A program made the position numbers and the translations under genes. Below are positions 57,693-64,000 of a stretch of 64,000 nt of DNA, one piece after another. Under the pieces are notes generated by a model. The model did no database searches and was not told where the DNA came from. It saw only the letters and a list, made by a program, of their open reading frames with translations. How positions within the stretch are numbered: the first letter of the stretch is position 1; every line of letters begins with the position of its first letter. The stretch spans positions 124,001 to 188,000 of IMG/VR virus record IMGVR_UViG_3300030339_000003. One strand, written 5' to 3'.

Positions 57693-60600
57693 ATGAGTGA
57701 CAATTGGAATGACGATCCTTTTAATGGCGATATCGATTTTGATTCTGATTTTGATTCCGACAAGAAAGGATCGAAGTTAAAATCATTCGCTATAGGATTT
57801 CTAGGAGGTGCAAAAGACGCCCTCGTAGGATCAACCGACGCCAAGATTAAAACAGTTAAAATGGCCCTTCCGGCATCGTTCCACGGGACATTTGAATTCA
57901 TTAACGATACACGTCGTTTAGTCAGTCAAGTCACTGACGAATTCAAAAAGAACACCGCTGGTTCAATGCAAGATATCCAGCAGATTATGGAAGGCCGCAA
58001 AGGACGCATTAATGATTCGACTGGTGGTGTCATTTCTAGCCAGTTGGATAAGTTCAGCCAATACGACTTTAGTACTTGGAATACAGGAGGGACAACCACT
58101 TCTGAATCCACAGGTCAGCAAGACACGACTGATGAAGAAGTTAATGAGCTAATTGGTGTAACAAAACAAACATCATTACTTACACTCGGCGGATTAAAAC
58201 AATTAGGCGGTGATCTCACTAACGCCATTGTATCAGCTGGCGCAGCACAATCATCTGCATTAACCGGTATTAACGTTGGATTAGTCAAGTCTAACGCTTA
58301 TTTGAAAAACTTAGTCGACTATCAAATTAAAGTTCAAGCTAAGAACGATGCGATGAAAATTAATTTGTTAGCTCGCATGCATTTAACTAATGCTAAGTTC
58401 TACAAATTCGTTGAAGCTTCCAACCACATGATGATGAAAGAATTCAGAGACATCGCTAAGTTTAGCAAAATGCCTGACTTCCAGAAAATGTCAATGACTG
58501 ATGAAGTCAAGAAACGTATTCGTGGTACGTTCTTTGACACCGTCCGTGGCGGCATGGGTGGTATCGGTGGACTGGTTAATGACCGTGTAGGTAAATACGC
58601 ACGTGACAACGGTTATAACGCGTTAAGTAACATAACCTCATCTCTTGCTATGGCTAAGGATATGACCGGCGGTATGTCGTCTCAGGACCTCATGCAGATG
58701 TTCGGTGGCATGGTAGGTGGTGGCGCTATTGATATGCTTCCACGTATGATGAACGGACCTATGGCTGCTAAGTTGAAACAACGCTTTAGTAAAGCCAATC
58801 CGGCCATGGCCAGACGCATGGGTAAGAACTGGGGCAAATTGACAACTCGTGGCAATCAGCTCAGCTATGGTTTACAAAACATGGAAGGGATGTTTAATAC
58901 GCTGTCACAAAACTACCAGGGCGGTCACTTCTTTGATGAGGACGAAGGAACTTACGAGGACTATGTTGCAGCTTTACCTCCAGACCAAACACCAATGTCT
59001 AAACGCAAATGGTCTATGTCTAAGTGGGGCAAATCTGCGGCTAATAAAGGGTTAGGTGCTATTTTAGATCAAACTTACGGTTCTGGTAAAACCAAATACG
59101 AACTCAAGAAACGTACACTGTCTGATAACCCGGAACAACACATCTGGACTCGTCAGTCCGATCGTACGTTAAATGAAATCATTCCTGCATTGATTACCCA
59201 AACAAACTTGTCTTTAGAGATGATGCGTACGGGTAATAACAATTTAAAACCAATGCGTTATGATTGGACTAAAGGCCAGTTTATTAACCCTAATCAGGCT
59301 AAGGCTTTAGTTACTCGCGACATCTATGGTGAGAACGCTTTAGGCTCTGCAGTTTATAGTGCGAAGTCTGCGGCAGGCACCATCGATAAAGAAAACCAAT
59401 TATCTAAAAGTGCGAAAGATACTTTAGCGTTACAACTTGCTAAGAACTCGCATGCTAAATTAGATTTCTCTCCTTACCATTTATTGAACTTAGAAAAAGA
59501 CGGTATTGATCCAAAGATCGCTAAAGAAATCCGTGAGATGACTTTAAAGAACTTTGGTATTACGACCGATAATCTTAATCAGTTCACAAATGGCACTGAC
59601 CGTGACCGTGCTAAGTTATTAGCCTTCATGCCAGGCAAAGGTGCCGCATTAGCAAACGAAGCGTTACCGATGGTTAAGGACATCCGTCGTGGACTTTCTG
59701 ATTCTAGCGCGATGATCGACCAATACCGTAATTCTGGTCATTATGACACATTACGCGAAGCAGGTATTATTACTACTGATAAAAATGGTCGTGAAGAAAT
59801 CGATGAACAGAAAATGTGGGATATGTTCAAGCTTCAACAGAACGATCCTAACTTTAATAAAAAGCTTACACAGCAGTACGCCAAGAAAGGTCGTAAACCA
59901 GGTGCGACTGTTAACCGTCCAGGAGTATTAGGCGGAGACGCTGGTGAAGCCCCAGACTTTGGTGAATTGACCGAAACAGTAAGTCAACTGAATACCAACA
60001 TCAAAGGGTTAGGCGCAGGCGGTTTAGGCGGTTCTGCTAACAGTGACACCGGAGCTTATTTTAATAAGTTATCTGGGCAAATGGACACACTGATTGGGAT
60101 CCAAACTAGCCACACTGAAATTTTCCAAAAGCTTTTAGAAAAACAACCAACTATTATCCGCTCTAAACGTGCGAAAGCCGAAGAAGAGCAAGGTAAGAAA
60201 ACACTGATGGATCGTATTAAAAGTATTTCACCACGAAATATCTTTAATAAAGGTGTTGAGACGTTGTTAAACAATGAACCACTTATTTTGGGTGGGTTAA
60301 TTGGTGGTCTGGGTGCGTACGCTTTACATGACCCTAAGACTGCCGCATTGTTAGGCGCCGGTGCATTAGCCATGGGTGCTTATTCTAAAGTCCGTTCACT
60401 AAACGCAGCTCGCTTTGCAGAACAAGAAGATCTGTATGAGAACCCGGGTGACGAAGAACCATTGTTACGGGGTGAGCGTTTAAAACGCGGGGATTACTTT
60501 GACAGCGCTACACGTAAAGTATTAAAGACTTGGAGTGACGTAACTGGCGCCATCATTGATCGTACCGGCAATATCGTTGCTTCTGTTAAACAGTTAGGTG

Positions 60601-63600
60601 GTAAGCTGTTTGGTAAAGACGGTCGTGCAGTTATGTTGAAAGGGTTAAACAAACTTAAAGCTTTAGGCTTGAAAGTGTTTAATGCCTTTGACCCGATTGG
60701 TCGTACCAAGAAAGCCTTTAATAAACTGGCTACTCGCTTTAATCAAATGGATGTATATAAAGCGGGTGAAAAGACACCTATCTTGATCGGTAAGAAATTC
60801 GATACAGGTTTTTACTACAAGCATGATGCTGACGGTAAACCTGTGATGTTAAAAGGTTGGAACGAAATTGATGGCCCTGTCTATACCAAAGACGGTGAAT
60901 GTATTGTTACTCAAGATGATTTTGATCGTGGGTTGCGTACATCTATTGGGGTATCGATTAACCGCTTGGGTTCTATGTCTAAAACAGCCGGTATCTTTGG
61001 TATGGATCTCTTAGGGAAACTTAAAGATAAAACCATTGCTGGCGGTAAGAAAGCATACGACAAAGGTAAGGAATTCGTTAAAGCCGATTATACACCAATC
61101 GTAAGTTCTGTTGACCGTATCTATTACCTGTTGTGCTCTAAGTTTGGTATCGAGCCCGCAACATTAACTAACGAAGAAAAACTCCAAGTTGTTAATGCAG
61201 CAGGTAGCGGTAAGAAACTCTTTGAACATCCGAAAGATCCTGCTGAACGTTTGAATTCATTGGAAGATGAAAAACGTCAGAAAGCCGCTAAGAAGGAAGA
61301 AAAGGTTAAGGACTCTATCATTAATATCGCTGATTCATTAGGTGGTATGAATAAGGGTGAGAAAAAGAAAGAGAAGAAAACAGGATTCCTTGGCTTGCTC
61401 ATGGGCGGACTTGGAATGATTAAAGGCTTAGCTGAAAAGATCTTTGGTAAAACAATCATTAATGGTTTCACCACGCTCTTTAAGTTTGCCGGCATGGGTC
61501 TGTCTGTGTTACCAAAAATCGGTGGCGGCATCATGTCCATCGCTAAGTTCTTTACGGGTGGTAAGGAAGAAGCTAACCCGCTCGAAGAACTGTTAGGCGG
61601 TTTAGGCGGCGGAGATGACGAAGAAGAAGAAGGTAATGGACGCCGTCGTAATCGTCGTGACCGTAACCGTGGCGGTGAAGAAGGAGATGAGGACACCCGC
61701 ACTGGTCGTCGCAGGAATAGGCGCCGTAACAGACGTCGCAATGGTCGAGGTGGACGCGGAGGGAATGGACCGACTCCAGGTAATCCGCCACCAGCACCAG
61801 ATGAAATAAATGATCGTGCCAACCCAAATAGACGTAACCGTAACAGACGTCGTCGTCGTGGACCAGGCCCGGGGCCTACACCTCCTCCATCTCCACCACC
61901 ATCAAGAGGTCGTCGTTTATTAAACCGCTTTAAGAAAGTCCCTAAAAAGATTGGTATTGGTGGTTTATTAACGTCAGGTGCTTTAATGGCAGGCGGTGCA
62001 TTGGCCGGTAACCTCATGGACAGTGAAACGCTGGAAACTGCAGGTAACGTGGCTGGTCTGTATTCGTTAGCTTCTACAGTAGCGGGTGCGGCTGGCATTG
62101 ATATCGGTATCGGTGCGTTGGCCTCAGGCGCAATGACGGGTCTTGGTATGGCCGGTTCTGGCTTAGCAGCCGCAGGTACCGCAATAGCGGGTATTATCTC
62201 GGCTCCAGTATTAATTGGTGCTGCGGTAATAGGTGGTTTAGGTTTAGCGGGTTATGGTTTGTACAAATGGTACACCAAAGGAAAATACCGCCAAGTTGAT
62301 ATTCGTTTTGCACAATACGGTATTAAAGATGTAGATAGTGACTTAGGTAAGAAAATCTTTGCTATTGAAAGTATGCTTACCAAACACGTCATTGTTAATA
62401 ATGGTGGTGCGTCATTTACAACCGATACACCTATCCAAGAAATCTTTAAAGCGTTGTCTGTAGACTCAGAAGGAAAACAGTCTGCAGAAATTGGTAACGT
62501 GTTCAGTTGGTTTAACGGACGTTTCAAACCCGTCTTCTTAACGTATATGTCTTGTTTAGACACCTTGAAAATTAAGTCACTTGAGGAATACGATAAGTTA
62601 ACCGACAAGCGCGCGTATGATATCGCTTACCAAGCAACGCAGGCTATCGTGGGCATGCCTTCTCAGCCGTACACCATTACTCCAAACATTGATTCTAAAA
62701 TTGAATTGATGGGTAAAGATGAAACGACTGCGGAAGTAGGTCAGTACTTGGAAGAACTGAAGAAATACACATTAAAAGACAAAGAAGGTGCTAAGGTCCG
62801 AGATGTGATGGTTCAAACCGAGTCGATGAGTAAGTTGGCCAGTGAAAAATCAATGCTCGAAGAAAAGCTTAAACATAAGTCTTTCTGGGGCGGCGGTGGC
62901 ACAACATCTTACCTTGAATCCCAAGATGCTGAAAACCGTATTAAAGAAATCGATAAAGAAACCAAAGCTTTGTCTGACGCCTATGGTCCAGGTAAAGTAG
63001 CTGGTAACGTCGATGTTAAAGACCTTATTCCTGAAACCGGAATATTGGAAGCTTTCACTGCAGTACGTATGAACGCCTATGGTACGTCTTTAACATCAGG
63101 GGCAGAATACGGCGCAGCAGTAAATGCGGGATGGAAGTTTGAAGCATTAGCACGATTAGAAAGACGTTGTGAATCCTTAATCCAAGTGATTGGTAAAGAT
63201 GTTCGGTTTGTCGGTAAGACCGGTGAATTGTTCCAGGAATTCAAAGCAGCTTTCCGTGTTAAAGACAGCAAAGCAAATGATTGGTGTTTGTGGTTCCGTG
63301 ACCGTTTCTTACCGGTCCTGATGACTTACATGCGTCAGTACAATGCTTATGGCCATGGACGTCCTGGCGCTAACTGGAAGGCTTTGACAGCTACAGCTAA
63401 GTACCAGATCGCACTAGCCATTGTTGACTCACGTTCGCAAACTGATAAGAAACAATTTATTCCAGTTTGGAACGTAGCAGTCAGTCCGTTTGAAGGTGGT
63501 TACTCTATACCTAAGACGGGCGAAGTCGACAAGCTAATGAACTCCATGGAGGAATTGTCTAATCAGGCAAAACTCCGTAACCCTGTATTGGAAGCAAGCA

Positions 63601-64000
63601 AAACCAGCTCATTGCAAGGCGTTAATGCAAACACTGCTCACGCAGTTGGTGGTGGTGTTACTGACAAGCTATCTGGAAGTGGGGCACCAGGTACTCGTTT
63701 AGATCTAGCTTCTCAACAAAGCTTCTACATTAACCCTCCGACGACCAACTATGCACCGCTAGGCGGCAACACTGATCTTAACCAAGTGGATCTGTCTGGT
63801 GTTAAACCTTCTGCTGCGGGTAACGATACAGGTGTTACTGTACCGCGTGCTGCTGCCGAACAGTTAATCATTAAGGAAATGATTGCTGAAGGATTTACGG
63901 ATCCTCGGGCTATTGCAGAAATGTTGGCGTTAACTAACTACGAATCACAAGGTTATACCCAAACCACTGAGAACATGCGTTACCGTGACCCTGCTCGTTT
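57693..64000 (+). CDS. large tail protein with lysozyme-like domain (phiKZ gp181-like / tape-measure-like), 3' truncated
   Basis: MSDNWNDDPF... stays in one frame at every point checked up to the window end (>2100 codons); divergent from the gp180-like gene; hydrophobic Gly/Ala segments; last residues AEMLALTNYESQGY...ENMRY resemble the GH19/lysozyme ES motif; absent from the track, consistent with no stop in the window. Confidence 0.82.
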   Translation, partial: MSDNWNDDPFNGDIDFDSDFDSDKKGSKLKSFAIGFLGGAKDALVGSTDAKIKTVKMALPASFHGTFEFINDTRRLVSQVTDEFKKNTAGSMQDIQQIMEGRKGRINDSTGGVISSQLDKFSQYDFSTWNTGGTTTSESTGQQDTTDEEVNELIGVTKQTSLLTLGGLKQLGGDLTNAIVSAGAAQSSALTGINVGLVKSNAYLKNLVDYQIKVQAKNDAMKINLLARMHLTNAKFYKFVEASNHMMMKEFRDIAKFSKMPDFQKMSMTDEVKKRIRGTFFDTVRGGMGGIGGLVNDRVGKYARDNGYNALSNITSSLAMAKDMTGGMSSQDLMQMFGGMVGGGAIDMLPRMMNGPMAAKLKQRFSKANPAMARRMGKNWGKLTTRGNQLSYGLQNMEGMFNTLSQNYQGGHFFDEDEGTYEDYVAALPPDQTPMSKRKWSMSKWGKSAANKGLGAILDQTYGSGKTKYELKKRTLSDNPEQHIWTRQSDRTLNEIIPALITQTNLSLEMMRTGNNNLKPMRYDWTKGQFINPNQAKALVTRDIYGENALGSAVYSAKSAAGTIDKENQLSKSAKDTLALQLAKNSHAKLDFSPYHLLNLEKDGIDPKIAKEIREMTLKNFGITTDNLNQFTNGTDRDRAKLLAFMPGKGAALANEALPMVKDIRRGLSDSSAMIDQYRNSGHYDTLREAGIITTDKNGREEIDEQKMWDMFKLQQNDPNFNKKLTQQYAKKGRKPGATVNRPGVLGGDAGEAPDFGELTETVSQLNTNIKGLGAGGLGGSANSDTGAYFNKLSGQMDTLIGIQTSHTEIFQKLLEKQPTIIRSKRAKAEEEQGKKTLMDRIKSISPRNIFNKGVETLLNNEPLILGGLIGGLGAYALHDPKTAALLGAGALAMGAYSKVRSLNAARFAEQEDLYENPGDEEPLLRGERLKRGDYFDSATRKVLKTWSDVTGAIIDRTGNIVASVKQLGGKLFGKDGRAVMLKGLNKLKALGLKVFNAFDPIGRTKKAFNKLATRFNQMDVYKAGEKTPILIGKKFDTGFYYKHDADGKPVMLKGWNEIDGPVYTKDGECIVTQDDFDRGLRTSIGVSINRLGSMSKTAGIFGMDLLGKLKDKTIAGGKKAYDKGKEFVKADYTPIVSSVDRIYYLLCSKFGIEPATLTNEEKLQVVNAAGSGKKLFEHPKDPAERLNSLEDEKRQKAAKKEEKVKDSIINIADSLGGMNKGEKKKEKKTGFLGLLMGGLGMIKGLAEKIFGKTIINGFTTLFKFAGMGLSVLPKIGGGIMSIAKFFTGGKEEANPLEELLGGLGGGDDEEEEGNGRRRNRRDRNRGGEEGDEDTRTGRRRNRRRNRRRNGRGGRGGNGPTPGNPPPAPDEINDRANPNRRNRNRRRRRGPGPGPTPPPSPPPSRGRRLLNRFKKVPKKIGIGGLLTSGALMAGGALAGNLMDSETLETAGNVAGLYSLASTVAGAAGIDIGIGALASGAMTGLGMAGSGLAAAGTAIAGIISAPVLIGAAVIGGLGLAGYGLYKWYTKGKYRQVDIRFAQYGIKDVDSDLGKKIFAIESMLTKHVIVNNGGASFTTDTPIQEIFKALSVDSEGKQSAEIGNVFSWFNGRFKPVFLTYMSCLDTLKIKSLEEYDKLTDKRAYDIAYQATQAIVGMPSQPYTITPNIDSKIELMGKDETTAEVGQYLEELKKYTLKDKEGAKVRDVMVQTESMSKLASEKSMLEEKLKHKSFWGGGGTTSYLESQDAENRIKEIDKETKALSDAYGPGKVAGNVDVKDLIPETGILEAFTAVRMNAYGTSLTSGAEYGAAVNAGWKFEALARLERRCESLIQVIGKDVRFVGKTGELFQEFKAAFRVKDSKANDWCLWFRDRFLPVLMTYMRQYNAYGHGRPGANWKALTATAKYQIALAIVDSRSQTDKKQFIPVWNVAVSPFEGGYSIPKTGEVDKLMNSMEELSNQAKLRNPVLEASKTSSLQGVNANTAHAVGGGVTDKLSGSGAPGTRLDLASQQSFYINPPTTNYAPLGGNTDLNQVDLSGVKPSAAGNDTGVTVPRAAAEQLIIKEMIAEGFTDPRAIAEMLALTNYESQGYTQTTENMRYRDPAR

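Noticed and set aside
61277-62098. 273-aa Arg/Pro-rich minus-strand ORF
   Set aside because: Antisense shadow of the low-complexity tract in the gp181-like gene
1-64000. Alternative genetic code / stop-codon reassignment
   Set aside because: Core genes are full length under the standard code and no suppressor tRNA is evident

Overview
A 64-kb segment of a phiKZ-like, nucleus-forming jumbo myophage (Chimalliviridae-type), AT-rich; the tRNAs resemble enterobacterial ones, which hints at a gammaproteobacterial host. Left to right: non-virion RNAP beta' N-subunit (NADFDGD), chimallin, a family-B DNA polymerase subunit, an array of small probably paralogous genes and PhuZ tubulin. Next comes a ~2.1-kb RNA island (12.33-14.43 kb) with two canonical tRNAs (Leu-UAA, Asn-GUU), two aberrant tRNA-like RNAs and ~1.2 kb of heavily base-paired non-coding DNA. 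An early accessory region follows (glutaredoxin, HslV-like Ntn protease, HigA-like HTH fusion, Zn-finger protein), then a DUF2829/Tad2-like protein and dTMP kinase. The structural block holds terminase with a class-3 intein, baseplate/virion genes, tail sheath and tube, prohead protease, modular endolysin, virion RNAP beta and beta' subunits, and the first ~2100 codons of a gp181-like tail/lysozyme protein. TATATTAC early promoters and a repeated terminator hairpin family punctuate the window. The best candidate for an undescribed system is the structured non-coding RNA island next to phuZ. Protein calls come from motif recognition and synteny with phiKZ; no searches were run.
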